A stretch of 64,000 nt of DNA from Candidatus Onthomonas sp. (GCA_051866815.1 JBJDXS010000058.1:31706-95705); one strand, 5' to 3'. Numbered from the stretch's first letter, positions 8,377 through 18,368 are shown. Numbers and translations are program-made. The notes: generated from the sequence alone by a model not told the origin.

Positions 8377-9684
8377 TCAGCCCTGGTACAGCTCCCCGAA
8401 TACCTCCCGGCAGAGCTGCTCGCAGTATTCCAGGGTAAAGCCGGGATCCTTCCGGCTCATCTCGTTTTCCTCCAGCAGCGCCTGGGTGTAGTCGCTGAGG
8501 GGGTAGACGGTGGGGTTTCCCGTCCCCTCCACCATGTGGGAGATCAGGGGGACTACCCCATATTCCGAGATGGTGACCTGATCCTCCTCCACCGACAGGG
8601 TGACGGTGGCCATAGCCCCCACCGCCCGCTGGCGGACGCCGTCCCCGGAGTCGCTGGTGAAGTTGATGAAGTTACCCAGGGAGTAGTAGACCAGCATCCG
8701 GTTCCCCTGCTCGTCCTCCACCCACTCCACCGGCTGGATGACGTGGGGGTGTGTGCCCAGCACCAGATCCACCCCGTTCTCCAGGAAAATCTGAGTCCAG
8801 TGCTCCTGTTCCTCAGAGGGGGTATGGGTGTATTCGGTGCCCCAATGGGGGGTTACAATGACAAAATCCGCCAGCCGGTCTGCCCGCTGGAGGTCGGCGA
8901 TCACCTGCTCCTCTTCCAGCAAATCCACCTCATAGGGCTGGGGCAGACTGATGCCGTTGGTGCCGTAGGTGTAGTCCAGGACAGCAATGCTGACTCCGTC
9001 CTGCTGATAGAGATAGAGGCCGTCCCGGCTCTCCTGGCTGTCGTGGATACCCAGCACGGCGATCTGGGGATAGCTGGTCTCCCAGAAGTTCAGGCAGTTG
9101 AGAAGGCCGGTCTCCCCCTTGTCCAGGGCGTGGTTGGTGGCGTGGCAGACCACGTCAAAGCCCGCCTTGACCAGGGCATCTCCCACCTCAAAGGCGCCGT
9201 TGAAGGCGGGATAGCCGGAGAGGCCCAACTCCCGCCCCCCCAGAATCACCTCCTGATTCACCAAGGCCAGGTCGGCCCCGGAGATCAGGCTTTTGGTGTG
9301 GGTGAAGAAGTGGTCATAGTTGTAGCTGCCGTCCTCCTGCAGGCCGCTCTCCTGAAGTGGGGTGTGGAGGAGCACATCTCCCACCATGACCAGAGAGATC
9401 TCATTCTTTTCCGGTTTCTGGGGAGCGACAGTCTCGGCAGGAGCTTCCGCCTGGCCGTCCGAAGGCTGTTCCTCCGTCTGACCGGCCTCGGGGGCGGACT
9501 CCTGAGGACTGCTCAGCAGGCCGATCACCGCCCGGCAGCCCTGAAACAGGCCGACAATCAGGGCAATCAGCACCAGCAGCAGCCCAATGCGGGTCAACTC
9601 AAAGCGCCAGCGCTTGGCGCTCCACTTTTTCCGCCTTCTTCGACGCCGGCGGCGGGGCGGCTGAGAGCGGTATTCTTCCGGCAT
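8377..9684 (-). CDS. CapA-family (PGA_cap metallophosphatase-like) membrane-anchored protein
   Basis: Poly-Arg N-terminus plus TM anchor, then VMVGDVLLH...NHALD...GTHPHVIQP motifs. Start trimmed to ATG 9684, after AAGGAGGG. Confidence 0.8.
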   Translation of the reverse strand: MPEEYRSQPPRRRRRRRRKKWSAKRWRFELTRIGLLLVLIALIVGLFQGCRAVIGLLSSPQESAPEAGQTEEQPSDGQAEAPAETVAPQKPEKNEISLVMVGDVLLHTPLQESGLQEDGSYNYDHFFTHTKSLISGADLALVNQEVILGGRELGLSGYPAFNGAFEVGDALVKAGFDVVCHATNHALDKGETGLLNCLNFWETSYPQIAVLGIHDSQESRDGLYLYQQDGVSIAVLDYTYGTNGISLPQPYEVDLLEEEQVIADLQRADRLADFVIVTPHWGTEYTHTPSEEQEHWTQIFLENGVDLVLGTHPHVIQPVEWVEDEQGNRMLVYYSLGNFINFTSDSGDGVRQRAVGAMATVTLSVEEDQVTISEYGVVPLISHMVEGTGNPTVYPLSDYTQALLEENEMSRKDPGFTLEYCEQLCREVFGELYQG

Positions 9685-9734
9685 GACAATCCCTCCTTTA
9701 CAGAATGCGTCTTCGAGCACGAAGCCTGGACGCA

Positions 9735-9761
9735 GGGGGCGATGGGTGCATCGCCCCCTAC
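9735..9761 (-). repeat. REP-like hairpin repeat, copy 2 (GTAGGGGGCGATG-CACC-CATCGCCCCC)
   Basis: On the minus strand the GTAG head overlaps the ribF stop codon TAG (9760..9758). Confidence 0.7.
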
Positions 9762-10678
9762 AGGTCGAGCGTCATTCCATTGCGACCTGCAAAATAATCC
9801 CTGGTCTGCTGGGCGTTTTTCAGCACCTCCGCAGTAAGTGCCTCCACGCTGGGGAACTTCCGCTCACCCCGGAGCCGGTGGTAGAAAAACATCCGCACCG
9901 TCTGTCCGTAAAGGTCGCCGTCATAGTCCAGAATGTAGCCCTCTACATTGGCCCGGCCGTCCGTCTCCACCGTGGGGCGCACTCCCACATTGGTCACTGC
10001 CATGGCCTGGGTGCCGTCCTCCAGAGAAACGGTGGTGGCATACACCCCGTAGGCGGGGACGATGACGCCGGGCTGGAACTGGAGGTTGACGGTGGGAAAG
10101 CCAAGGGTGTGGCCCAACCGCTTGCCCGGGGAGACCTTCTGGCTCAGGACATGGGGATGGCCCAGAAAGGCCCTGGCCTCCTCCATATCTCCCCGCTCCA
10201 GCAGGGTGCGGATGTGGGTGGAGGAGATGCGGATGCCCTCCAGGTCAATCTCGCTGATGATGTCGCAGCCGATGCCCAGCTGAGCGCATTTCTCCCGCAG
10301 CCGCTGGGGATTGCCCTGGCCCCGGGCGCCGAAGCGGAAGTCGTGGCCGGCCACCACATGGACGGCCCCCTGCTCCCGGATCAGGTAGTCGGTGATAAAG
10401 TCCTCCCAGGGCATGTCCACCATCTGGTCAAAGGAGCCCAGCAGCACCTCCCGGATGCCGTAATAGCGGCGCATCAGCCACTGCCGATCCTCCAGGGAGT
10501 TGATCAGGGGAACCGGGCGTCCGGTGAGCCGGGCGGTGGGGGAGCAGTCGAAGGTGAAGGCGCAGGGCACCGCCCCCAGCTCCTCCGCCCGCTGGCGCAC
10601 CCGGGTGAGCAGCGCCCCGTGGGCCCGGTGTACCCCGTCAAAAAAGCCCAGGGCAATCACTCGTTTCGTATCTGACAT
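9758..10678 (-). CDS. ribF: Bifunctional riboflavin kinase / FMN adenylyltransferase
   Basis: 306 aa, with ALGFFDGVHRAH N-terminus and a riboflavin kinase C-terminal half (GFPTVN, RLRGERKF). Confidence 0.92.
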   Translation of the reverse strand: MSDTKRVIALGFFDGVHRAHGALLTRVRQRAEELGAVPCAFTFDCSPTARLTGRPVPLINSLEDRQWLMRRYYGIREVLLGSFDQMVDMPWEDFITDYLIREQGAVHVVAGHDFRFGARGQGNPQRLREKCAQLGIGCDIISEIDLEGIRISSTHIRTLLERGDMEEARAFLGHPHVLSQKVSPGKRLGHTLGFPTVNLQFQPGVIVPAYGVYATTVSLEDGTQAMAVTNVGVRPTVETDGRANVEGYILDYDGDLYGQTVRMFFYHRLRGERKFPSVEALTAEVLKNAQQTRDYFAGRNGMTLDL

Positions 10679-10684
10679 AGTGTG

Positions 10685-11560
10685 TTAAACCTCAAAAAAG
10701 CTCTTTTTTGTGTGCATCTGTCCCTGCCGCAGCTCTCCCAGCATGAGAAAGCAGCCGTCGGCGCCGTAGACCCGGTAGAGCCCCGGCGCTCCCTTGCAGC
10801 GAAAGGCGTTTCCGTTGCGGCAAAGGCGCTCCGCCTCCCCGGAGATCGTGCAGGCGGGATAGCGGGCAAAGTACCGATCCACCGGCAGCAGCAGATCCTC
10901 CGCAGTTCCCGCATCCGCCGCGGCGATCACCGTCTCCAGGGTCACCGCCTGGCGCAGGTCAAAGCCCGCCGCCATGGTGCGCCGGAGGCTGGACATGCAG
11001 CCCCCGCAGCCCAGGGTCTGGCCGATGTCGTGGCAGAGGGTGCGGACATAGGTGCCCTTGGAGCAGCGCACCCGGAGGGCGTACGCGTCCGCTCCCAGCT
11101 GCTCCCCCAGTTCCAGGGCGTGAATGGTGATCTTCCGGGGCGGACGCTCCACCGTCTTGCCCTTCCGAGCCAGATTGCACAGCTTCTGTCCGTTGATTTT
11201 CAGGGCGGAGTACATGGGGGGAATCTGGTCGATCTCCCCCCGAAACCCGGCCAGGGCGGCCTCAACCTCCGCACGGGTGCAGGTGACGGGATGGGTCTCT
11301 AAAACCTGGCCGGTGGTGTCCTGGGTGTCGGTGGAGAGGCCCAGCTTGAGCCCCGCCAGATACTCCTTCTCCCCCTGCTCGGCGAACTCCACCGCCCGGG
11401 TGGCCCGGCCCACAAAGACGGGCAGCACGCCGGTAGCCATGGGGTCCAGAGTGCCGGCATGGCCCACCCGGCGCTCTCCCAGCAGACGGCGCAGCTTGCC
11501 GCACACGTCCATGCTGGTCCAGTCCTGGGGCTTGTCGATGATGATGATTCCGCTGGGCAT
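10685..11560 (-). CDS. truB: tRNA pseudouridine(55) synthase
   Basis: GIIIIDKPQDWTS and the catalytic Asp context HAGTLDPMATGVL. Confidence 0.93.
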   Translation of the reverse strand: MPSGIIIIDKPQDWTSMDVCGKLRRLLGERRVGHAGTLDPMATGVLPVFVGRATRAVEFAEQGEKEYLAGLKLGLSTDTQDTTGQVLETHPVTCTRAEVEAALAGFRGEIDQIPPMYSALKINGQKLCNLARKGKTVERPPRKITIHALELGEQLGADAYALRVRCSKGTYVRTLCHDIGQTLGCGGCMSSLRRTMAAGFDLRQAVTLETVIAAADAGTAEDLLLPVDRYFARYPACTISGEAERLCRNGNAFRCKGAPGLYRVYGADGCFLMLGELRQGQMHTKKSFFEV

Positions 11561-11597
11561 GGCGGCCTCCTTTTGAGCAATGGAATGGTATGGTAAT

Positions 11598-11621
11598 GTA
11601 GGGGCCGTTCATGAACGGCCC
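11598..11621 (+). repeat. REP-like hairpin repeat, copy 3 (GTAGGGGCCGTTC-AT-GAACGGCCC)
   Basis: Forms an inverted doublet with copy 4, 24 nt away, in the truB-nrnA spacer. Confidence 0.75.
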
Positions 11622-11645
11622 GCCGATGCAGGAAAACCGCCAAAC

Positions 11646-11669
11646 GGGCGATTCGTGAATCGCCCCTAC
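11646..11669 (-). repeat. REP-like hairpin repeat, copy 4 (plus strand reads GGGCGATTCGTGAATCGCCCCTAC)
   Basis: Identical to copy 6 at 20411-20434. Opposite orientation to copy 3. Confidence 0.75.
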
Positions 11670-11694
11670 GGGCCGGGAACCTCTCACCGGGCGT

Positions 11695-12648
11695 TTATTT
11701 CTTTAAATTCTTCCCAATGGCTTCCAGCACCCGCCGCTCCATCTCCGCCAGGCCAATGCCGGACTGCCGGGCGCCGGAGGCGGCAGCGTGGCCGCCTCCC
11801 CCTAAGAGAGCGCAGGTGTCGGTGGCGTTGAGATAGTCCGGGTCGGTGCGCAGGCTCAGCTTCCAGCTGCCGTCCGCCAGCTCCCGGAGGGTGGCGGAGG
11901 CCTTGACCCCCTCCACCTGCCGGAGCAGGGAGGAGAGTTCCTCGCTGTCCGCCTCAGAGGCGCCCACCTCTTCGATATCCCGGAGGGAGGTGGCGCCGAT
12001 GACCACCTTGCCGTCCTCATAGTAGTGGGCGCTCTGGAGCAGGCGGCTCTCCAGCTCCAGCCGCTTGCGGCTCTTGGTCTGGAAGCAGCGCTGGTTGATC
12101 TCCTTGAAAAAGTCCCCGTACTCCATCAGCTCCGCGGCGATCCGGTGGGTGGTGGGGGTGGTGTTGCTGTAAACAAAGCAGCCGCAGTCGGTGGAAATGG
12201 CCAGGTACAGCGCCCTGGCGATCTCCCGATCCATGACCCCCATCTCTTCCCTGCAGATGCGGTAGATCACCTCACCGCAGGCGGCGGCAGAGGCGTCCAG
12301 GCAGAGATTGGGGGCGTAGCGCTCATTGGAGGGGTGGTGGTCGATGCAGAGCTCTGCCTTGCCCTTATACCCCTCAAACTCAGGGGGAAACAGATTCTCC
12401 GTGGCGATGTCCACCGCCACAATATGCTCCGGCACATAGTCCTCCGGGGCGAACCAGGGCTGAATATCCCCCAGATAGGTGGCGGTGACCCCCAGATTCC
12501 GGGCAACCCAGACTGTCTTTCCCTTCTTCCGCAGGGCGGCGCACAGGGCGGCGGCGCAGCCTAACGTGTCCCCGTCGGGACGGATGTGGGTGAGAATGAG
12601 GAAGTTGTCCCGCTCCAGCAGCCAGCGGGCGGCCTCACGTTCTGTCAT
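11695..12648 (-). CDS. nrnA: DHH/DHHA1 phosphoesterase (NrnA-like oligoribonuclease / pAp phosphatase)
   Basis: ILTHIRPDGDTLG, IDHH and GGGGHAAASG motifs. 317 aa. Confidence 0.85.
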   Translation of the reverse strand: MTEREAARWLLERDNFLILTHIRPDGDTLGCAAALCAALRKKGKTVWVARNLGVTATYLGDIQPWFAPEDYVPEHIVAVDIATENLFPPEFEGYKGKAELCIDHHPSNERYAPNLCLDASAAACGEVIYRICREEMGVMDREIARALYLAISTDCGCFVYSNTTPTTHRIAAELMEYGDFFKEINQRCFQTKSRKRLELESRLLQSAHYYEDGKVVIGATSLRDIEEVGASEADSEELSSLLRQVEGVKASATLRELADGSWKLSLRTDPDYLNATDTCALLGGGGHAAASGARQSGIGLAEMERRVLEAIGKNLKK

Positions 12649-12994
12649 GCTCTTTGGCCTCCAGGTCGTTCATCATCTGAATGATCTTGGCGCCCTCGCC
12701 GATGGAGTTGTCCAGAATAAACTGGAGCTCCGGGGTGTGGCGCAGGCTGAGGGCACGGCTTAGCTCCCGGCGGAGGTAGCCGGAGGCGGATTTCAGCCCC
12801 CGGCGGATCTCCTTCTCATCACCCTGATCCAGGGAGCTGATAAAGACCCTGCAGGAGCCCAGATCGCTGGCGGTGTCCACCCGGACGATGGACAGCAGGT
12901 GGCCGCCCACCCGGGGATCCTTCACCGTCCGCAGCAGGGCGGACAGCTCCCGCTGGATATCCTCGTTGATTCGGTCCAAACGATAGCTTGGCAT
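12635..12994 (-). CDS. rbfA: Ribosome-binding factor A
   Basis: 119 aa from MPSYRLDRINEDIQRELS. The track ORF (to 13267) over-extends through the REP-containing spacer. Overlaps the nrnA start by 14 nt. Confidence 0.9.
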   Translation of the reverse strand: MPSYRLDRINEDIQRELSALLRTVKDPRVGGHLLSIVRVDTASDLGSCRVFISSLDQGDEKEIRRGLKSASGYLRRELSRALSLRHTPELQFILDNSIGEGAKIIQMMNDLEAKEHDRT

Positions 12995-13089
12995 AGTGTT
13001 CTCCTCTTCCTTTCGGAATGACAGGTGCAGGAGGCAGGAGCACCGTTGTGCCTGTTCTGCCTCCTGCACCGGGGTTTTGGTATGGGGTT

Positions 13090-13114
13090 GTAGGGGCCGC
13101 TCATGAGCGGCCCC
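13090..13114 (+). repeat. REP-like hairpin repeat, copy 5 (GTAGGGGCCGCTC-AT-GAGCGGCCCC)
   Basis: Lies in the infB-rbfA spacer. Confidence 0.75.
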
Positions 13115-13303
13115 TGGTGACAGCTCCTTGTCACACGTCAGCCTCGCAGAGTTCCGCCAGCTTGCTGGCGGAATCAAATGCAATCCGTTTTTCGGACGGA
13201 CATGTGCCGGCCGAAAAACACAGGGAGGCCGGGAGTGTGCCCGCAAGGGCGCGCGGTTCGGCCGCATGCTCCAAGAAAATGCTTTGCATTTTCTTGGAAG
13301 AGC

Positions 13304-15712
13304 TTATGCCTCCACCTGCTCCATCTGGAAGCACTCGAAAATGTCGCCCACCTTGATGTCGCTGAACTTCTCCAGGCCAATGCCGCACTCGAAGTTGGTG
13401 GCGACCTCCTTGACGTCGTCCTTGAACCGGCGGAGAGAGGCGATGGAGCCCTCGTGGATGACCACGCCGTCCCGGACGAGACGGATCTGGGCGTTGCGGA
13501 CCACCTTGCCCTCCTTGACGTAGCAGCCTGCGATGATACCGGCGCCGGTGATCTTGTAGACCTCCCGGACCTCCACGCGGCCCAGCTCCACTTCCTTGAA
13601 CTTGGGGGCCAGCATGCCCTTCATGGCCGCCTCGATCTCCTCGATGCAGTCGTAGATGACCCGGTACAGCCGCACGTCCACCTTGTCCCGCTCGATCATG
13701 GTGCGAGCCACGTTGTCCGGGCGGACGGAGAAGCCCACGATGATGGCGTTGGAGGTGGCGGCCAGCATGACGTCGCTCTCGTTGATGGCGCCCACGCCGG
13801 AGTGGATGACGTGCACCCGCACCTCGTCGTTGGACAGCTTCTCCAGATTCTGACGCACTGCCTCGGCGGAGCCCTGGACGTCCGCCTTGACGATGACCTT
13901 CAGCTCCTTCACCTCGCCCACCTGGATCTGGTCGAACAGGTCGTCCAGGCTCACCTTCTTGGCGGCGGGGGCGGAGAGGGCGTCCTTCTTCTCCTGCTTG
14001 CGCTGCTCGGCCAGCTCACGGGCCATCCGCTCGTCAGCCACGGCGTAGAAGTCGTCGCCGGCGGCGGGCACCTCGGCCATACCGGTGATCTCCACCGGTA
14101 CGGAGGGGCCGGCGGCCTTGACGGGTTTGCCCCGGTAATCGGTCATGGCGCGGACACGGCCCACGGCAGTGCCGGCGATGATGATGTCGCCCTGCTTGAG
14201 GGTGCCGTTCTGAACCAGCAGGGTGGCCACAGGGCCGCGGCCCTTGTCCAGACGGGCCTCCACCACGGCGCCCCGGGCGGCCCGGTTGGGATTCGCCTTC
14301 AGCTCCCGCATCTCAGCCACCAGCAGGACGTTCTCCAGCAGGTCCTCGATGCCCTCGCCGGTCTTGGCGGAGATGGGGCAGATAATGGTGTCGCCGCCCC
14401 ACTCCTCAGACAGCAGGCCGTACTGGGTCAGCTGCTGCTTGATGTTCTCCGGGTTGGCGTTGGGCAGGTCCATCTTGTTAATGGCCACCACGATGGGGAT
14501 CTCGGCGGCCTTGGCGTGGTTGATGGCCTCCACCGTCTGAGGCATAATGCCGTCGTCGGCGGCCACCACCAGAATGGCGATGTCGGTGACCATGGCGCCC
14601 CGGGCGCGCATGGCGGTAAAGGCCTCGTGGCCGGGGGTATCCAGGAAGGTGACCACCTTGTCCCGGCCGGTCTCCTCATCCTTGCCCACCGTCACCTGAT
14701 AGGCGCCGATGGCCTGGGTGATGCCGCCGGCCTCGCCGGCGGTGACGTTGGTGGAGCGGATATAGTCCAGCAGGGAGGTCTTGCCGTGGTCGACGTGGCC
14801 CATGACCACGATGACCGGGGGACGGGAGACCAGATCCTCCTCCTTGTCCTCGGCGGTGTCGATCAGCTTCTCCTCGATGGTGACGACGACTTCACGCTCC
14901 ACCTTGCAGCCCATCTCCTCGGCCACAATGGCGGCGGTGTCGAAGTCGATGATCTCGCTGAGGGAGGCCATGACGCCCATCTTCATCAGCTCTTTCACCA
15001 CGCTGGCGCCGGTCTTCTTCATCCGGCTGGCCAGCTCGCCCACCGAGATCTCGTCGGGGATCTGCACCTTCACCGGGGCCTTCTTGGCCACCTCCTGCTG
15101 GAGCCGGCGCATCTGCTGCTTCTGCTCCTCCTGGCGGCGCTTAGCGCCCTGGGCGCCCTTGCGCTTTTGCTGGCTGCGGTTGCTCTTGAGCTTCTGCTTG
15201 CCCTGCTGCATCTTGTCCGCCCTGTCGGGGGCCAGCTCATCCAGACGGGCGTCGTACCGGTCCAGGTTGACGTCCGCGCTCTTGCGGGTGTTGACCACCT
15301 TCTTCTGGGGTACCCGGCTCACCGAGGCGTCTGCCGGAGCGGCCTCCTCCTGGGCGGGTGCGGGTGCAGGCTGCTGCTCCTGGGGCTTGGCCGGCTGCTG
15401 CGCCTTGGGCTGCTGCTTCTGGGCCGGCGCAGGGGCGGGCTTCTGGCCGGCCTTGGGGGCCGGAGCGGCCGCCTTGGGAGCGGCGGGAGAGAGCACCTCT
15501 TCCAGGCTGGAGACCTGGTTGTGCTGGGTCAGATACTCAAAGATCAGGGAGAGCTCCATCTCGTTGAGGGCAGCCATATGGCTGGAGGGAGTCTGGGCGT
15601 ATTTGGTCAGAATCTCTGTAATCTTCTTGGAGCCCACGGCCTTGCCCTTGATTTTAAAATCCTTGGCCACCTCGTGGACCCGATACTTCATGTCAATACC
15701 CAAATGGGACAC
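13304..15712 (-). CDS. infB: Translation initiation factor IF-2
   Basis: GTPase motifs ([23 protein letters not shown]) and a low-complexity Ala/Pro/Gln N-terminal region. The start is ambiguous: the GTG at 15712 overlaps the AGGAGG, a TTG at 15703 has 8-nt spacing, and an ATG lies at 15691. Confidence 0.95.
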   Translation of the reverse strand: MSHLGIDMKYRVHEVAKDFKIKGKAVGSKKITEILTKYAQTPSSHMAALNEMELSLIFEYLTQHNQVSSLEEVLSPAAPKAAAPAPKAGQKPAPAPAQKQQPKAQQPAKPQEQQPAPAPAQEEAAPADASVSRVPQKKVVNTRKSADVNLDRYDARLDELAPDRADKMQQGKQKLKSNRSQQKRKGAQGAKRRQEEQKQQMRRLQQEVAKKAPVKVQIPDEISVGELASRMKKTGASVVKELMKMGVMASLSEIIDFDTAAIVAEEMGCKVEREVVVTIEEKLIDTAEDKEEDLVSRPPVIVVMGHVDHGKTSLLDYIRSTNVTAGEAGGITQAIGAYQVTVGKDEETGRDKVVTFLDTPGHEAFTAMRARGAMVTDIAILVVAADDGIMPQTVEAINHAKAAEIPIVVAINKMDLPNANPENIKQQLTQYGLLSEEWGGDTIICPISAKTGEGIEDLLENVLLVAEMRELKANPNRAARGAVVEARLDKGRGPVATLLVQNGTLKQGDIIIAGTAVGRVRAMTDYRGKPVKAAGPSVPVEITGMAEVPAAGDDFYAVADERMARELAEQRKQEKKDALSAPAAKKVSLDDLFDQIQVGEVKELKVIVKADVQGSAEAVRQNLEKLSNDEVRVHVIHSGVGAINESDVMLAATSNAIIVGFSVRPDNVARTMIERDKVDVRLYRVIYDCIEEIEAAMKGMLAPKFKEVELGRVEVREVYKITGAGIIAGCYVKEGKVVRNAQIRLVRDGVVIHEGSIASLRRFKDDVKEVATNFECGIGLEKFSDIKVGDIFECFQMEQVEA

Positions 15713-15802
15713 CTCCTATAATTGAAGGCCTGTGCCAACGGGAAAGCCCCGCAACCTGCGGGACATTCCCGCTGGCACAAACAAACGGTTGAAACACACA
15801 TC

Positions 15803-16207
15803 TTACTTGCCGGGCCGGCTGTGCTTGCCCGGCTTGACCGCCTTGCGGTGGGCGATCTTGTCGCGCTTTTCGGTGAGCGCCTCCAGGACGGGGGCGTGGC
15901 GGGAATCATGCTCCGCCATCTTTTGGGCAAAGGCCAGAGCCATGCCCAGGTCGGTGACGGCGGCGGCGGCGCATTGCTCCCAGCCCAGCGCCGTCCCGAG
16001 GGCAGCCTTGCCGCTCTCCAGATACAGGATAGGCAGCCGGCCCTGGGAGCGCAGCTCCATCCGGCGGACGGTATTCTCTCCCGCGTCGGCGGCCAGCAGC
16101 AGCAGGCGCACCTTGCCGGCCTGGAGGGCGGCGAGCACCGCGTCCTCTCCGGCGGCCAGCTTGCCCGCCCGCTTGGTCAGGCCGAGAAATCCCAGCGGCT
16201 CACTCAT
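15803..16207 (-). CDS. ylxQ: L7Ae-family RNA-binding protein (YlxQ-like)
   Basis: MSEPLGFLGLTKRAGKLAAGEDAV... is the canonical position and motif between ylxR and infB. Start trimmed to ATG 16207. Confidence 0.8.
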   Translation of the reverse strand: MSEPLGFLGLTKRAGKLAAGEDAVLAALQAGKVRLLLLAADAGENTVRRMELRSQGRLPILYLESGKAALGTALGWEQCAAAAVTDLGMALAFAQKMAEHDSRHAPVLEALTEKRDKIAHRKAVKPGKHSRPGK

Positions 16208-16469
16208 GGGGAGCCTCCATCTGGGACTCCAGGGCCTCGTATACCTCGGCAGGAATGGGAGTGGAGAAAGCCCGCTCCAGAGCCTTGCTCTTCCGGGCCT
16301 TGGCCAGGCACGCCGGACTGGGACAGACATAGGCCCCCCGCCCCGGCTTCTTGCCCCGGAAGTCCAGGGAGATCTCCCCCTCCGGGGAGCGGACCACCCG
16401 GATCAGCTCCCGCTTGGCTTTCATCTCCCGGCAGCCCAGACACTGGCGCATGGGGATCTTTTTCGGCAT
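16200..16469 (-). CDS. ylxR: YlxR/RnpM (DUF448) RNA-binding protein
   Basis: IPMRQCLGCREMKAKRELIRVV...GRGAYVC motif. 89 aa. Overlaps the ylxQ start by 8 nt. Confidence 0.87.
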   Translation of the reverse strand: MPKKIPMRQCLGCREMKAKRELIRVVRSPEGEISLDFRGKKPGRGAYVCPSPACLAKARKSKALERAFSTPIPAEVYEALESQMEAPHE

Positions 16470-16503
16470 GGCTTACGCCTCCTTCTCCGCCCTTCCGGAC
16501 GGC

Positions 16504-17676
16504 TTACTCTTCCTCGGCGAACAGGCCGTCGTCCTCGTCCTCGTCGGCAAACAGGGCGTCCGCCTCTGCCTCCGCCTGGGCGGCGCCGGAGACGCTCTTG
16601 ATGTCGATCTTGAAACCGGTGAGCTTGGCGGCCAGGCGGGCGTTCTGGCCCTCCTTGCCGATGGCCAGGCTCAGCTGGTCGTCGGGGACGATGACCCGGC
16701 AGCTCTTCCCCTCCTCCAGGGTCTCCACGCTGACCACGTCGGCGGGGGAGAGAGCGGCGGCCACATACTGGACGGGGTCCTCGCTGTACTTGATGATGTC
16801 CACCTTCTCGCCGTGGAGCTCCTCCACAATGGCGTTGACCCGCTGGCCCCGGGTGCCTACGCAGGCGCCGATGGGGTCGACTTCCGGGTTGTTGGACCAG
16901 ACGGCCATCTTGGTGCGGCTGCCCGCCTCCCGGGCGATGGACTTGATCTCCACCGTACCGTCGAAGATCTCGGGCACCTCCAGCTCAAACAGCCGCTTGA
17001 CCAGGCCGAAGTGGGTGCGGGAGATGAGCACCTTGGTGCCCCGGGTGTCCCGGCGAACCTCCACCACATAGACCTTGATCCGGTCGCCTTCCTTGTAGGT
17101 CTCCCCCTTCACCTGCTCGTTTGCGGTGAGCAGGGCGTCGGTGGTCTCCTTGCCGGAGCCGATGCGCACGTGCAGCGCACCGGTGCGGGGGTCGATGCGG
17201 GAGACAGTGCCGGTGATCAGCTCCTGGGTCTTGGTGTTGAACTCGTCAAACACCATGTTCCGCTCCGCCTCCCGGATGCCCTGGATGATCACCTGGCGGG
17301 CGTTCTGGGCGGCGATGCGGCCCAGGTTCTTGGTCTTGATCTCGCTGGAGACTACGTCGCCCAGCTGCACCCGGGGCAGCACCTTCCGGGCCTCCTCCAG
17401 GGAGATCTCGGTGCAGGGGTTATCCACCGTCTCCACCACATCCCGGCGGACGATCATCCGCAGCAGGTTCTTCTCCGGGTCGGCCTGGATGAAGATGTTC
17501 TCCCCGGCGCCCTCATGATCCTTCTTGTAGGCGGCGACCAGGGCCTGGGTGATCTTCTCCAGCATATATTCCTTCTTAATGCCCCGCTCCCGCTCCAACA
17601 GGTCGAGGGCCAGGAAAAAGTCCTGGGCGTCCTCTTCGGGTGTCGGGCCTTTCTTCTTTGTCGTTCTCTTGGCCAT
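16504..17676 (-). CDS. nusA: Transcription termination/antitermination factor NusA
   Basis: 390 aa with N-terminal domain, S1 (GTVSRID) and KH1/KH2 (GACVG.RG.RV, AIGKEGQNARLA). Confidence 0.95.
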   Translation of the reverse strand: MAKRTTKKKGPTPEEDAQDFFLALDLLERERGIKKEYMLEKITQALVAAYKKDHEGAGENIFIQADPEKNLLRMIVRRDVVETVDNPCTEISLEEARKVLPRVQLGDVVSSEIKTKNLGRIAAQNARQVIIQGIREAERNMVFDEFNTKTQELITGTVSRIDPRTGALHVRIGSGKETTDALLTANEQVKGETYKEGDRIKVYVVEVRRDTRGTKVLISRTHFGLVKRLFELEVPEIFDGTVEIKSIAREAGSRTKMAVWSNNPEVDPIGACVGTRGQRVNAIVEELHGEKVDIIKYSEDPVQYVAAALSPADVVSVETLEEGKSCRVIVPDDQLSLAIGKEGQNARLAAKLTGFKIDIKSVSGAAQAEAEADALFADEDEDDGLFAEEE

Positions 17677-17716
17677 TATCCTTCACTCCTTATTGAACTC
17701 CATGCAAAGGTTCGAA

Positions 17717-18175
17717 TTAAAAGCTGACGTACAGGCGGACCAGGGCGGTCTCCTTTTTGGGAAAGACCCGGTCCGTGCCGTCCGCCATGGTCAGGGTCAC
17801 ATCCCCCTGGTCATAGCCTTTGAGCACGCCGTGGAACTCCTTGCGGCCCTCCACCGGGCGGTACAGCCGCACCTCCACCTCATGGCCCAGGAAAGCCGCA
17901 AAATGCTCCGGCTTTTTCAGGGGCCGGTCGGCGCCGGCGGAGGAGACCTCCAGCACATAGCTTCCCTCGATGGGATCGGCCACATCCAAAGCGTCGGAGA
18001 GGGGACGGCTCACCGCTTCGCACTGATCCACGCTCACCCCGCCGGGGCAGTCGATATAGATCCGCAGAAACCAGGTGCCCGCCTCCCGGACGTATTCCAC
18101 ATCCCACAGGGTGCAGCCCGCCGCCTGGACAAAGGGCAGGGCCAGCTCAGCGGCCACGGCAGTCACTTTTTTCAT
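17717..18175 (-). CDS. rimP: Ribosome maturation factor RimP
   Basis: LRIYID...LEVSSAGADRPLK motif. Start set to ATG 18175 (GAGGTG plus 6 nt); the track start GTG overlaps the SD. Confidence 0.9.
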   Translation of the reverse strand: MKKVTAVAAELALPFVQAAGCTLWDVEYVREAGTWFLRIYIDCPGGVSVDQCEAVSRPLSDALDVADPIEGSYVLEVSSAGADRPLKKPEHFAAFLGHEVEVRLYRPVEGRKEFHGVLKGYDQGDVTLTMADGTDRVFPKKETALVRLYVSF

Positions 18176-18368
18176 GGTGTACACCTCAAAATGCTGAAAA
18201 GAAAGAGCGGGGCAAGCCCCACTCTCAGGTTGATACTATCATTCATACAGTTGCAGTATAGCATTGTCCTTCGCAGAATGCAAGGATATTTTGGATTTTC
18301 CCTCTGTCAGAAGTGACAAATTTATTCTCTTTCCCATAAAATAGAATAAAGATCAGGAGGGATGCGCC

